A DNA stretch of 59,600 nucleotides. Source: Candidatus Uhrbacteria bacterium. GTDB lineage: Bacteria > Patescibacteriota > Patescibacteriia > UBA9934. Below the pieces are notes generated by a model. It ran no database searches, was not told the origin of the DNA, and was given only the letters and a program-made list of their open reading frames with translations. The stretch lies in assembly GCA_943359345.1 (NCBI GenBank), contig CALRHE010000004.1, positions 1 to 59,600 of the forward strand, written 5' to 3'. Of the stretch, positions 8,825 to 20,396 are shown in pieces; position 1 is the first letter of the stretch; each line of letters opens with the position of its first letter. Both the position numbers and the translations under genes were made by a program.

Positions 8825-10815
8825 AAGGCAATCATCAGGGTTAAGACCGTGGCTAGTAAAATCAAGCTAATATACGCTTGGAGATTACCACTTTGGAGTC
8901 TTACCACGAGGCTGGCTAGACGTGTAAACCCAGCACCAATAGGCACATACAGCCGGTCGTACCATACCTGATTGATAAGCAATGTCATCGAACGTGCAAC
9001 AATCCAGCGATTATGGGTCGTGACCGGAGTGACATTGACTAGTTTTTTTGTGCGCAGAAAAAAACTAAATAAAAATCTGATCGGAGCCGAAAAGGCCGTG
9101 CTCGTGAACTCCATACGTGGAGTTAGAGGCTGGCCACCATCCCAGGTTTGATATTCACGTGTCAGCTTTACATCACTGATCAAGCCACGTATCAACCACA
9201 GACCGAACACCACCACCAGCATAAATAAGGCTAAATCCATCGGTACCAAACTGCCTCCACCAGTGACCAAAATTTGCTGACTAAAGTTGGCTGGCGCTAT
9301 GCCTACAGCTCCAATGCCGTTCAGCACCTGAGGCGCAAATAAACCCAGCATAAGTCCGAGTCCTGACAGTGAAGTTATTGGAAGCAAGAACTCGAGCCCA
9401 GGCTGCATAGCTGCAGCTGCTGGCTCAGAACGAGCTTGTGCTAAAAATGCCATGGCGTACAGCTTCACCATTGCAAATACAGCCAGACCGGTCACAAAAG
9501 TAATGGTGGACACAGTTACCAAGATCATAATCTTGAGCCTCAATGAAGACTCTTCCAAACCGCCCACCATAGCCTGCACAAAAATCCAGTCAGCTATAAA
9601 CGGTGCGAACGGTGGTAAAAAAGCTGCACCCAATATAAGCATGAACACCCCTACAGATAACTGGGGCATGCGCTTCGCCAATCCGCCCATAGCTTCAAGT
9701 CTGCGACTACGAGCGGCCGCCACTAGCACACCTGAAGCCAGGAATAATCCAGACTGACACACGGCCTGGGCCAGCATCAAAAATATCGCAGCGTACACCG
9801 CAGCCTGGGCCAGGACCAGATTCCCCTCTTGTCCAGCCAGTAACGCCAAGCCAAGCATAGTAAACATGATCCCAAAATTCTGAATACTCGTGTAAGCTAA
9901 TAAACGTGTGATGTCGCGCTCAAGCACGGAATATAAAACGCCTACAACTGCGGACAGTAAGCCCAGAAAAAACACTGTAAACACTGCCCACATCGGAACT
10001 CCTGGCAGTAAGAACAGAAAAACTCTTAAAAAACCATACACGGCAATGTTTAGCATGGCTCCGGATAACAGCGCTGAGACCTGGGTTGGAACTTGGGAGT
10101 GAACCTCTGGCAACCAAACGTGGAATGGAACCAAACCAGCCTTGCACCCGAAGCCAAAAATTAGGAGTCCAATGGCTACAAATAAACTGACCTGAGGAAG
10201 ATCGGCAGTCATTTGAGCTAAGACTGAAAAATTATTCAGTAAGGCTCCACCAGACAACAGGAAAAGTCCAGCCATGATGGCGCTCGTACTCAGATGAGCC
10301 AAGATCAAGTACAAAAACCCAGCTTTACGTGAGACCGCCTTGCCATCAGCCAGGATGAGAAAGAACAGGGTTATCGACATGATCTCCCAGAAAGTCATGA
10401 AGCCGAAAATATTTGTTGATAAAATAACGCCTTGCATGCCAAAGATAAACACCGCCGTTAGGATGTTCACATTCCGAATATTGTAGTTATCTGGTTGCTG
10501 TTCAAGGTACGGAATCGCGTACGCGGCTGCAAAAAAACTTATTCCTGACACGAGTGTATAAAAAATCGCTGAAAACCGATCAAGACTGAAATTCATGCCA
10601 TAAAATACCGGCCACAGACTGGCAGAAGGTAAAATCAACGGTTCGGTAGCAGTGGCTATAAATATACCCACCACCGCTCCCATAAGGGCGCACACAGCTA
10701 CGATCAGGTTACTCAACCGATGCGCATGACGGTTGGGCAAGCTTGCTACCACCGCTGCCAGGGCCATACCTAGGAACGAGGCTAGTAGCATAATCGCCAG
10801 GGCTTGCATAGTCAT
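8821..10815 (-). CDS. hyfB: HyfB/HycC-like (NuoL-like) antiporter-type membrane subunit
   Basis: FWEIMS, KAGLVPFHVWLPEVH, LLAYTS, LGGL-like 'AMGGLAKRMP', C-terminal RLQSGNLQAYI. Confidence 0.88.
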   Translation of the reverse strand: MTMQALAIMLLASFLGMALAAVVASLPNRHAHRLSNLIVAVCALMGAVVGIFIATATEPLILPSASLWPVFYGMNFSLDRFSAIFYTLVSGISFFAAAYAIPYLEQQPDNYNIRNVNILTAVFIFGMQGVILSTNIFGFMTFWEIMSITLFFLILADGKAVSRKAGFLYLILAHLSTSAIMAGLFLLSGGALLNNFSVLAQMTADLPQVSLFVAIGLLIFGFGCKAGLVPFHVWLPEVHSQVPTQVSALLSGAMLNIAVYGFLRVFLFLLPGVPMWAVFTVFFLGLLSAVVGVLYSVLERDITRLLAYTSIQNFGIMFTMLGLALLAGQEGNLVLAQAAVYAAIFLMLAQAVCQSGLFLASGVLVAAARSRRLEAMGGLAKRMPQLSVGVFMLILGAAFLPPFAPFIADWIFVQAMVGGLEESSLRLKIMILVTVSTITFVTGLAVFAMVKLYAMAFLAQARSEPAAAAMQPGLEFLLPITSLSGLGLMLGLFAPQVLNGIGAVGIAPANFSQQILVTGGGSLVPMDLALFMLVVVFGLWLIRGLISDVKLTREYQTWDGGQPLTPRMEFTSTAFSAPIRFLFSFFLRTKKLVNVTPVTTHNRWIVARSMTLLINQVWYDRLYVPIGAGFTRLASLVVRLQSGNLQAYISLILLATVLTLMIAL

Positions 10816-10818
10816 AGG

Positions 10819-11361
10819 CTAGGCACGGGCTGATTCAAGAGCCTGTAATACACCTCGGAGTATGTTGGTAGGTGAAGGCGGGTCGCCAGGAATGCGCACG
10901 TGGACCGGAATAACTGCATCAACTGGACCAACTACGGCATAAGAGTCTTTCCAAAGGCCGCCAGCACACGCCCCATCACCAATCGCGACTACTAGGCAAG
11001 GTTGCGGGGCGGCTGCATAGGTAGTCCTTAGGGCTCGTTCCATGTTCCGAGTCACTGGCCCAGTCACAAATAATATATCGGCGTGTCTGGGTGAGGCTAC
11101 GAAACTTAAGCCGAATCGTTCAAGATCGTAATAAGCATTACTAAGCGCACTCAGTTCTTGTTCTTCGGCGTTGGATGAGCCAGCATTGACTGCACGAATG
11201 CGTAACGCTCGTCCGGAGTACAAGTCCTTAACTACAGCCCTCAAAGCCTCACCCACAACCTCAAAATCATTGGCCTTGACCTGCGTGAAATTTTGCTCGT
11301 GCAAAGTGACCCTCGGTCCAAAAAACAGCAAATTCAGCAGGCGTAACAGCGTCATATGCAA
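10819..11361 (-). CDS. hyfI: HycG/HyfI-like (NuoB-like) small subunit with the Fe-S cysteines substituted
   Basis: YYDLERFG, FVASPRHADILFVTGPVTRNM; motifs read GSSNAE, GDGAC and IPGDPP in place of GSCNGC, GDCA and GCPP. Confidence 0.88.
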   Translation of the reverse strand: MHMTLLRLLNLLFFGPRVTLHEQNFTQVKANDFEVVGEALRAVVKDLYSGRALRIRAVNAGSSNAEEQELSALSNAYYDLERFGLSFVASPRHADILFVTGPVTRNMERALRTTYAAAPQPCLVVAIGDGACAGGLWKDSYAVVGPVDAVIPVHVRIPGDPPSPTNILRGVLQALESARA

Positions 11362-11379
11362 AAGTCTGTGAATGACCGA

Positions 11380-11408
11380 AGTTTACGCCCCGGGTCTAGA
11401 TGTGGCAA
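11380..11408 (-). promoter_or_regulatory. Putative sigma70 promoter for the hyf/ehr cluster
   Basis: Minus strand TTGCCA (11408-11403), 17 nt, TAAACT (11385-11380), about 20 nt before the hyfI start. Confidence 0.5.
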
Positions 11409-11418
11409 TAACCCTGGC

Positions 11419-11844
11419 CTAGCGTCGACGTTGGCCCTTAACGGCCACGCGATAGCGGGCTAATTCACGTTCTAGATGAGCGGCTGCGCTTGCAAAAGAC
11501 ACGTCTTCACGGTTACGAATATTTTTCAAAGCCTCTTCGGCTAAACGTTTAGCTGTTTCAATTTTTTCAAGCTCAAGTTCCTCAGATCTTTCCGCCGTAT
11601 TAGCCAAAATTACGATCTGATTATTCTTTTTAACCTCAAGTAAACCGGTCGAGACCGCCAAGAGCTCCTCCTTACCCTCCAGAGTTCTCACGCGCATCTC
11701 TCCCGCCTTCAAAAGTGAAGCCAGCGGAATATGACCGGGCAAAACCGTAATCTCGCCGTCTTCGGTCATAACCGAAAGCGACGTAGCCTCACCCTCGAGG
11801 ACTACTCGTTCAGGGGTGATGATTTTGTAGGTGAGGTTCTTCAT
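11419..11844 (-). CDS. atpC: ATP synthase F1 epsilon subunit
   Basis: IITPER, GEITVLPGHIPL, C-terminal helical hairpin. Confidence 0.95.
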   Translation of the reverse strand: MKNLTYKIITPERVVLEGEATSLSVMTEDGEITVLPGHIPLASLLKAGEMRVRTLEGKEELLAVSTGLLEVKKNNQIVILANTAERSEELELEKIETAKRLAEEALKNIRNREDVSFASAAAHLERELARYRVAVKGQRRR

Positions 11845-11862
11845 ACTTGTGGCAGGGTGTTT

Positions 11863-11973
11863 AGATATTAGGAATTAGATATTAGTAAGAATGTAGAAGT
11901 TTGATCTTAGACTAACTGCAGCCCCCTAACTTCTAAAGTCTAAGCTCTTACTAATATCTAATTCCTAATATCT
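11863..11973. repeat. Perfect 28-bp inverted repeat built from 7-nt units in the atpD-atpC spacer
   Basis: agatattaggaattagatattagtaaga (11863-11890) and its exact reverse complement (11946-11973). Confidence 0.9.
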
Positions 11974-11983
11974 TCATCTAGTA

Positions 11984-14216
<2,233 letters not shown>

Positions 14217-14224
14217 AGACCGAT

Positions 14225-14298
14225 GGGGTTAACGGGGTTGAGGGGGTTGATGATGGCACACCGGACCTCGGTGAACAGTCAACTGTCAACGGTAAACG
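14225..14298. repeat. Three 9-nt units (ggggttRaN) plus four 7-nt units (gtNaacN) in the atpA-atpG spacer
   Basis: ggggttaac ggggttgag ggggttgat (14225-14251); gtgaaca gtcaact gtcaacg gtaaacg (14271-14298). Confidence 0.7.
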
Positions 14299-14300
14299 AA

Positions 14301-15800
14301 TTACTTAAATGTTGAAACAAAATCTTTGATGTGCTTTTCAAGATCGCCCTGTACTTCCTTAACGTCGCGGCTGTCGAAAATAGCCTTCAAAGTCTCGCCA
14401 CCAAGACCCTGCATGTACTTGATGAGCTCAGCCTCGAAGCGATGCACCTCGGCCACCGCGATGTCGTCGATGTAACCATTGTTGAGCGCAAACATAATCA
14501 CTGACTGCTCAGCAAACGACATCGGGGAGTATTGCTTTTGCTTCATGACCTCCATGGCCCGACGACCACGTTCGATCTGCTGCTTGGTGGCCTCGTCGAG
14601 GTCGGTGGCAAACTGGGCAAAGGCTTCGAGCTCGCGATATTGAGCTAGGTCGACCTTCAGCGTCTTAGCCACAGCCTTCATAGCCTTGGTCTGAGCAGCC
14701 GAGCCCACGCGTGACACCGAGTTACCAATGTTCACAGCCGGACGCTGACCACGGTAGAAGAGATCGCTCTCCAAGAAAATTTGACCATCGGTAATTGAAA
14801 TCACGTTTGTCGGAATGTAGGCCGAGATATCACCACCTTGAGTTTCGATAATCGGTAAGGCCGTAATCGATCCCCCGCCGTTCTCCTTGTTCATGCGAGC
14901 AGAGCGCTCAAGCAAACGAGAGTGTAAGTAGAAGACGTCACCCGGATAAGCTTCGCGTCCCGGTGGACGACGAAGTAAAAGAGAAATTTCGCGGTAGGCC
15001 CAAGCGTGCTTGGACAAATCATCGTAAACTATCAGAACGTCCTCGCCCTTAGCCATGAAGTACTCAGCAATGGCACAACCAGCGTAAGGAGCGATGTAAA
15101 GCATGGCGGCGGGGTCGGAAGCGCCTGCGACCACGATGGTCGTGTACTCCATAGCCCCGGCCTTCTCAAGACGCGTACGAATCTGAGCCACCTTAGATTC
15201 CTTTTGACCGATAGCCACGTAGACGCACTTAGTGTTCTCACCCTTCTGGTTCAAAATCGTGTCAATAGCGATGGCGGTCTTACCCGTTTGGCGGTCACCG
15301 ATGATAAGCTCGCGTTGTCCGCGACCGATCGGGATCAGTGCATCGATTGCCTTAATACCGGTGTGCATCGGCACGCCCACTGACTGGCGGGTCATAACGC
15401 CTGGAGCAACCTTTTCGATCGGTACAAACTCGGCGTTAGCAATAGCGCCCTTGCCATCCACTGGATTACCGAGCGAGTCAACCACGCGACCAACAATACT
15501 ATCGGCAACAGGGATCGAAAGAATACGGCCGGTTGAACGCACGGTGTCGCCAGCCTTCACGGCCCAAGCGTCGCCAAGCAAAATTGCCCCGGTAGTTTCT
15601 TCCTCAAGGTTTAAAGCTACACCAAACACACCCGACCCAAAGTCCAACATTTCTTGGCTCTTCACGCTAGACAAACCGCTCATACGGGCCACGCCATCGG
15701 AAACCGAAACGACTGTGCCCACGCGCTCTTCATGCGCTTCGGCTTTAAAGGCCTCAACCTGCTTGCGCAGAGCCTCGATGATGTCCATTTTCTTTGCCAT
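14301..15800 (-). CDS. atpA: ATP synthase F1 alpha subunit
   Basis: [31 protein letters not shown]. Confidence 0.99.
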   Translation of the reverse strand: MAKKMDIIEALRKQVEAFKAEAHEERVGTVVSVSDGVARMSGLSSVKSQEMLDFGSGVFGVALNLEEETTGAILLGDAWAVKAGDTVRSTGRILSIPVADSIVGRVVDSLGNPVDGKGAIANAEFVPIEKVAPGVMTRQSVGVPMHTGIKAIDALIPIGRGQRELIIGDRQTGKTAIAIDTILNQKGENTKCVYVAIGQKESKVAQIRTRLEKAGAMEYTTIVVAGASDPAAMLYIAPYAGCAIAEYFMAKGEDVLIVYDDLSKHAWAYREISLLLRRPPGREAYPGDVFYLHSRLLERSARMNKENGGGSITALPIIETQGGDISAYIPTNVISITDGQIFLESDLFYRGQRPAVNIGNSVSRVGSAAQTKAMKAVAKTLKVDLAQYRELEAFAQFATDLDEATKQQIERGRRAMEVMKQKQYSPMSFAEQSVIMFALNNGYIDDIAVAEVHRFEAELIKYMQGLGGETLKAIFDSRDVKEVQGDLEKHIKDFVSTFK

Positions 15801-15803
15801 AAT

Positions 15804-16187
15804 TTAGGAAAGTAACGCTTGTTTCAAACGCGTAAGAGCTCCGAGCACGGTGCCGTCAATGCGTCGCTCATCGAGCCGAATGAGGGCACCGCCCATCAGC
15901 CGCTCGTCGACCAACCGCTGAACTTCAGCCCCATTGGCGAGTTGTTCGATTTTTTCCATGGCCTTGTCCGTGAGTGGATGAGCCGAGGCGATGGTGATCT
16001 TTGAAGCTCCGTATTTTTCGCGCCAGGCTTCGTTAAGCTCACGCTCCAAATCACGCCAACGTCCGAGCAAACCCTTGCTGGCCAAGTAGGTCACGACCTC
16101 GGCCATGTGCCTATCAATATCCTTAGCCGTTTTGCCCTCGAGCTCGTTAACCAAGGTACGAGCAATCCCGCGCATGCTTTTCTTCAT
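15804..16187 (-). CDS. atpH: ATP synthase delta subunit (short form)
   Basis: Operon position; 'VDERLMGGALIRLDERRIDGTV' OSCP C-terminal motif. Confidence 0.88.
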   Translation of the reverse strand: MKKSMRGIARTLVNELEGKTAKDIDRHMAEVVTYLASKGLLGRWRDLERELNEAWREKYGASKITIASAHPLTDKAMEKIEQLANGAEVQRLVDERLMGGALIRLDERRIDGTVLGALTRLKQALLS

Positions 16188-16190
16188 ACG

Positions 16191-16763
16191 CTAGGTGAGT
16201 TTACGTACCATTTCTTCAGCCAAAGACTGTGACTTCTTTTCAGTCAAACCTTCGGTGACGATCTTGGCAGCAGCCTTAACAGCGATGTCAACCAAATCCT
16301 TGCGAGCCGTCATAAGCATGGCCACACGCTCTTCGTCCAGTTGTTGTTTACCCCTCTGGATAACGCGCTCAACCTCACGCTTGGCGGCCTCAACCATCTC
16401 GTTCTTACGGGCTTCAGTGTCAGCCACGGCTTTGTCGATGATCGCTTGAGCTTCGCCACGAGCCGCCACCACAATTTTCTGGTGTTCGACCTCAGCGTCA
16501 CGCAAGCGTTTCTCGATGGCCTCAGCATTCTTCACGCTTTCAGCGATCTTCTGTTCGCGCTCTTCGAGCAGGCGCATGATTGGCTTGTAGGCAAAGCGCC
16601 ACAAGACCAGCAACACCAATAAGAAGTTCACGAGCTGGGCCGCAAATAAATCGCCGCGCAACCCAAAAGTACCGATCACACCCTCAAGCCCACCCTCTTC
16701 AGAGTGTTCTTGAGTAGCGGTAGTGGTCGTGACTGCGTCCTCGGTGGTAGTTGACATACGCAA
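16191..16763 (-). CDS. atpF: ATP synthase Fo b subunit
   Basis: AQLVNFLLVLLVLWRFAYKPI, LEEREQKI, coiled coil. Confidence 0.95.
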   Translation of the reverse strand: MRMSTTTEDAVTTTTATQEHSEEGGLEGVIGTFGLRGDLFAAQLVNFLLVLLVLWRFAYKPIMRLLEEREQKIAESVKNAEAIEKRLRDAEVEHQKIVVAARGEAQAIIDKAVADTEARKNEMVEAAKREVERVIQRGKQQLDEERVAMLMTARKDLVDIAVKAAAKIVTEGLTEKKSQSLAEEMVRKLT

Positions 16764-16779
16764 ACGTTAAACGCAAGAA

Positions 16780-17010
<231 letters not shown>

Positions 17011-17020
17011 TTAATTATCC

Positions 17021-17048
17021 GAACCTTGAACACTGGACATTGAACATG
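17021..17048. repeat. Four 7-nt units in the atpB-atpE spacer
   Basis: gaacctt gaacact ggacatt gaacatg. Confidence 0.55.
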
Positions 17049-17143
17049 AAAAGTTTGCTCAATGTTGAAGGTTAAAGATTCGGTGAGAGTTGAGGTCTCT
17101 CCGTAGAATCACCGTGCTCGATGACGCTGCGGAGGTACCCCAC

Positions 17144-18016
17144 TTAGGCGTGGGCTGGAGCGTGTTCTTTATCATGATTTTCCTCCTCATGTCCATGTTC
17201 CATGGTCGCCACCGTCAGGAACACCAAGACCAGCAATGCGAAAACTGTGGCCTGAATGACGCCCACGAGAATTTCAAGGAACATGAACGGAATCGGGATC
17301 ACAAATGACGCCAAACTGAGCATGACGCCAATCAAAATTTCACCAGCAAAAACGTTGCCAAACAAACGCAGTGACAACGAAGCGATACGCGCAGCCTCGC
17401 CGATGATCTCGAGCAAACCGACGAAGAACTCAATAATAGCAACGCCGATAGCGACCGGACCTTTAGGGATAGCTCGGAAGATGCCTCGAATATTAATAAA
17501 TTTACTCACGTAGTTTACAAAACCCACGCCGCGGACGCCAGCCAGCTGCACAATCACCACCGAGAAAACCGCCAAGGCTAAAGTGAGGTTCAGATCGGAC
17601 GTGGCTGGTCGCAACAAGGGAATGAGTTCAACAGCGCCATGAACCTCTCCATAAAAACCGATTGTGCCCGTACCTGGAATGAGTCCCAACCAGTTATTCG
17701 CCAGAATGAACAAAAACAAGGTCGCAACCAGTGGGAAAAAGACTTTGGTCTTTTTGTGATCACCGGTGACCTTGTCCATTTCGTCCATCATGAAAACCAC
17801 GATGGTCTCAAACACATTGTGAATACCCCGAGGCACAAGCGAGGTACGACGCGAAGCGACGGCGGCAATCAGGAGAAAAACCAGCGTCACGATCCAAGCA
17901 TTGAGCATGGTGTTCGTGACTGGAAAATTACCCAGCTGAAAAATTGGTTCAGCGGCTAGCGCTGCCCCCAGAACCGGGAGGTTTAATGTCCGTAAGTTTT
18001 TTATACTCTGTGCCAT
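17144..18016 (-). CDS. atpB: ATP synthase Fo a subunit
   Basis: AAEPIF, NNWLGLIPG, RPATSDLN, SLSLRLFGNVFAGE, IQATVFALL. Confidence 0.97.
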   Translation of the reverse strand: MAQSIKNLRTLNLPVLGAALAAEPIFQLGNFPVTNTMLNAWIVTLVFLLIAAVASRRTSLVPRGIHNVFETIVVFMMDEMDKVTGDHKKTKVFFPLVATLFLFILANNWLGLIPGTGTIGFYGEVHGAVELIPLLRPATSDLNLTLALAVFSVVIVQLAGVRGVGFVNYVSKFINIRGIFRAIPKGPVAIGVAIIEFFVGLLEIIGEAARIASLSLRLFGNVFAGEILIGVMLSLASFVIPIPFMFLEILVGVIQATVFALLVLVFLTVATMEHGHEEENHDKEHAPAHA

Positions 18017-18224
18017 AACCTTGAACCTTTTTTACCACCATCAGTAAACTGAGAATAAACACCGCGATGAGACTTATGAAAAAGATGAGCTGCTCGTAAG
18101 CTAGGTGATCATAGGCCTTACGCAGCAATATGACCAAGACCGGCGGAATCAACATGGTGCCCGTAATATCGGCCATGGCTTTCATGGCGAATAAGTACAA
18201 AACACGTAAGTCATTTTCTACCAT
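17949..18224 (-). CDS. AtpZ/AtpI-like small membrane protein (start moved to ATG 18224)
   Basis: Two TM helices (DITGTMLIPPVLVILL; LIFFISLIAVFILSLLMV) directly upstream of atpB; the longer 18440 start gives non-protein-like sequence. Confidence 0.65.
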   Translation of the reverse strand: MVENDLRVLYLFAMKAMADITGTMLIPPVLVILLRKAYDHLAYEQLIFFISLIAVFILSLLMVVKKVQGYGTEYKKLTDIKPPGSGGSASR

Positions 18225-18391
18225 AAAAGCGCTAGGAGTATACGTGTCTAGATGGCTAGCGTCAAGAATCAAGAAACTGCAAGAACAGGACCACGCCCGA
18301 TAAAATACGAAACCGCCCACCAGATGAGCCGGAAGGCGGCTCGTGGCACGTCGTTTGTAAACGGCGTGCCGTGGTGGGCGGTGAGGAGATG

Positions 18392-18847
18392 TTAATCTTC
18401 TATCTCTTCTTGATCGTCTGGAGAAGAATCCGGTGGGCACGCAAGGTGTGCGAAGATAACGCGGAGCATCTTCGTCGCTGGGATGCCGTCGTTCGGGGAC
18501 TGGAGGTTAATCCCACTTTCCGTCATGGCCTGTAGGTGGAGAGTGAGACACGCATCTTCCCCGTTGATCACGAAGAACGGCTCGTTGGCATAGAGGACAA
18601 ACTGCACTTCATTACTGAACTCTGTCAAGTAGAGAGTGACCGTCAATTTGGCATTGTCATACCAGGATTCCAAACTGGGAGTGCTCGGGCAAAGGCGGAT
18701 GGTGACCCGTTCACAGTCGGTTGTAAAGGTCAGCACAGCCTCACCGTCGTAAGAATCATCTTCTGTCACTCCAAAGTCGTTTAGCGACAGAGCGTAAACC
18801 ATGAGGTTGGCGATGTCGAGAAGACGCTGGTTGGCGATGTCGCTCAT
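18392..18847 (-). CDS. ORFan hypothetical protein, acidic
   Basis: 151 aa; GAGG SD, own promoter, visibly more GC-rich than flanks. Confidence 0.65.
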   Translation of the reverse strand: MSDIANQRLLDIANLMVYALSLNDFGVTEDDSYDGEAVLTFTTDCERVTIRLCPSTPSLESWYDNAKLTVTLYLTEFSNEVQFVLYANEPFFVINGEDACLTLHLQAMTESGINLQSPNDGIPATKMLRVIFAHLACPPDSSPDDQEEIED

Positions 18848-18908
18848 GATGAACCTCGGAGGATGAGTTCAAACCGGCGATTGCCAGTCTGGTCGTTGGA
18901 CGACCGAG

Positions 18909-18937
18909 AAGCATATCATAAAATGTCAATAAAAGCA
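18909..18937 (-). promoter_or_regulatory. Putative sigma70 promoter for the 18847 ORFan
   Basis: Minus strand TTGCTT, 17 nt, TATGCT. Confidence 0.45.
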
Positions 18938-18951
18938 AGGGCTCGCCCAAA

Positions 18952-18983
18952 CAGCCCGACCCCCAAAATTGGGGGTCGGGCTG
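18952..18983. terminator. Perfect 15-bp hairpin downstream of the 19005-19511 lipoprotein gene
   Basis: cagcccgacccccaa aa ttgggggtcgggctg. Confidence 0.65.
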
Positions 18984-19004
18984 ATCTTGGCTATAAACTG
19001 TGAC

Positions 19005-19511
19005 CTACTCGTTCCAATGGATTTGCTGGATAACTGCTTCAGCCAGAGCTTCGCCCGCTGGCTTTAGGTAGAATAAACCAATATACACGTTTTGCTCATC
19101 TAAATAGTAACTGTGACCGGGCCAGGTTTCGCCGCCAAGTAGTCGGCCATTACCCCGTATGGCCTCCTTGCCTGCTAAAATCACGTCTTCAGTAGAAGTG
19201 AAGCTGTCGGCTATGTTCTCTTGGCCAGAGATATAGGGTGTTATCTCAATAAAAAAAGTTTGATCAGGATATTCAATGCCGTAGCCATCCTGTGAGATAA
19301 AGTTTTGAATCCGTACCCTACTCTCTGTCTGCTCGAGCACGTAACCGTAGTCAACCGGCAAACGGTAGGCGGCTGTATTTACGAATTGATATTCGCCACT
19401 CGGGAAAGCTGCCTCCCAGCCCTGAACCGTTTCACTAGTTTGGGACGTAGCGTTCACACAGCCTCCTCCGATTAAAAGTAGCATTGCCCCCGCCAGTAAA
19501 TATTTTTTCAT
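19005..19511 (-). CDS. Putative lipoprotein (start moved to ATG 19511)
   Basis: MKKYLLAGAMLLLIGGGC signal peptide with lipobox-like GGGC. Confidence 0.7.
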   Translation of the reverse strand: MKKYLLAGAMLLLIGGGCVNATSQTSETVQGWEAAFPSGEYQFVNTAAYRLPVDYGYVLEQTESRVRIQNFISQDGYGIEYPDQTFFIEITPYISGQENIADSFTSTEDVILAGKEAIRGNGRLLGGETWPGHSYYLDEQNVYIGLFYLKPAGEALAEAVIQQIHWNE

Positions 19512-19512
19512 A

Positions 19513-20394
19513 TTAGCTGAGTTTAAATAATTTTTTTGCATTCTCTGTCGTCACCCTGGCTACCTCGTCGACAGTGATCCCCTTTAATTCAGCAATCTTC
19601 TGAGCTACGTGTTCGACGTACTTCGGTTCGTTACGTTTACCCCGATGCGGTGCTGGGGTCAGGTAGGGCGAATCGGTTTCGATCATGATCTGCTCAAGCG
19701 GTATCTCCTTAGCAGCCGCCATGACGTTTTTTCCGAAGGTCACAATACCCGTCAAGGATACGTAAAAACCGAGTTCATGATACACGGCCGCCTCGGCCAC
19801 TGTGCCAGTGAAACAGTGGATCACCCCACGACGTTTTAGGCCACCTCGATCAATCTCTTCTCTCAAAAGCTCAGCCTGGTCGGTGTGTGCATCGCGACAA
19901 TGAATGACGACGGGTTTGTCGACCTCAGTCGCAAAACGCAACTGTTCACGAGCTTGATCTTGCTGGTCTTTTTTCAGAGCTTCGAGATCGACGCCTGGAG
20001 GAACACGATAATAATCCAGACCGAGCTCACCGATGGCCACAACCTTTGGGTGCTTGGCGAGTTCACGATAATAATCCCAATCAAAGCGTTCGGCTCGCGT
20101 CCTAATGTGAGCGGGGCCATCACCTTCTTTCAGATCGTCAACAATACCCGGCGGAAGCTCGTTCTCATCAAAAAAATCCTGGGCGTGCAAATGATTCGGG
20201 TGGAGTCCGATCGTGCACCATACACCGTCATACTTCTCGGCCAGCGCGATACCATTCTTGCTCGTCGTCGACTGCGTGCCCACAGTAATCATGCCCACAC
20301 CGGCTTCGAGCGCTCGTTTCACAACAGCGTCCATGTCTTCCTGGAAAGCCTGAAAGTGAACGTGGCAATGCGTGTCAATAAACCTATAATCCAT
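19513..20394 (-). CDS. tatD: TatD family hydrolase/DNase
   Basis: DTHCH, GLHP, IGELGLDY, IHCR, VIHCFTG, IETDSPYL. Confidence 0.95.
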   Translation of the reverse strand: MDYRFIDTHCHVHFQAFQEDMDAVVKRALEAGVGMITVGTQSTTSKNGIALAEKYDGVWCTIGLHPNHLHAQDFFDENELPPGIVDDLKEGDGPAHIRTRAERFDWDYYRELAKHPKVVAIGELGLDYYRVPPGVDLEALKKDQQDQAREQLRFATEVDKPVVIHCRDAHTDQAELLREEIDRGGLKRRGVIHCFTGTVAEAAVYHELGFYVSLTGIVTFGKNVMAAAKEIPLEQIMIETDSPYLTPAPHRGKRNEPKYVEHVAQKIAELKGITVDEVARVTTENAKKLFKLS

Positions 20395-20396
20395 AA

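Noticed and set aside
4118-11361. Functional [NiFe] group 4 hydrogenase or formate hydrogenlyase
   Set aside because: The large subunit lacks both CxxC NiFe motifs, the small subunit lacks its Fe-S Cys, and no maturation or FDH genes are in the window
15006-15807. Plus-strand ORFs of 125 and 191 aa
   Set aside because: Antisense shadows of atpA with no independent signal; the same applies to similar ORFs opposite atpD, atpG, hyf genes, tatD, metG, glmS, typA and dnaG
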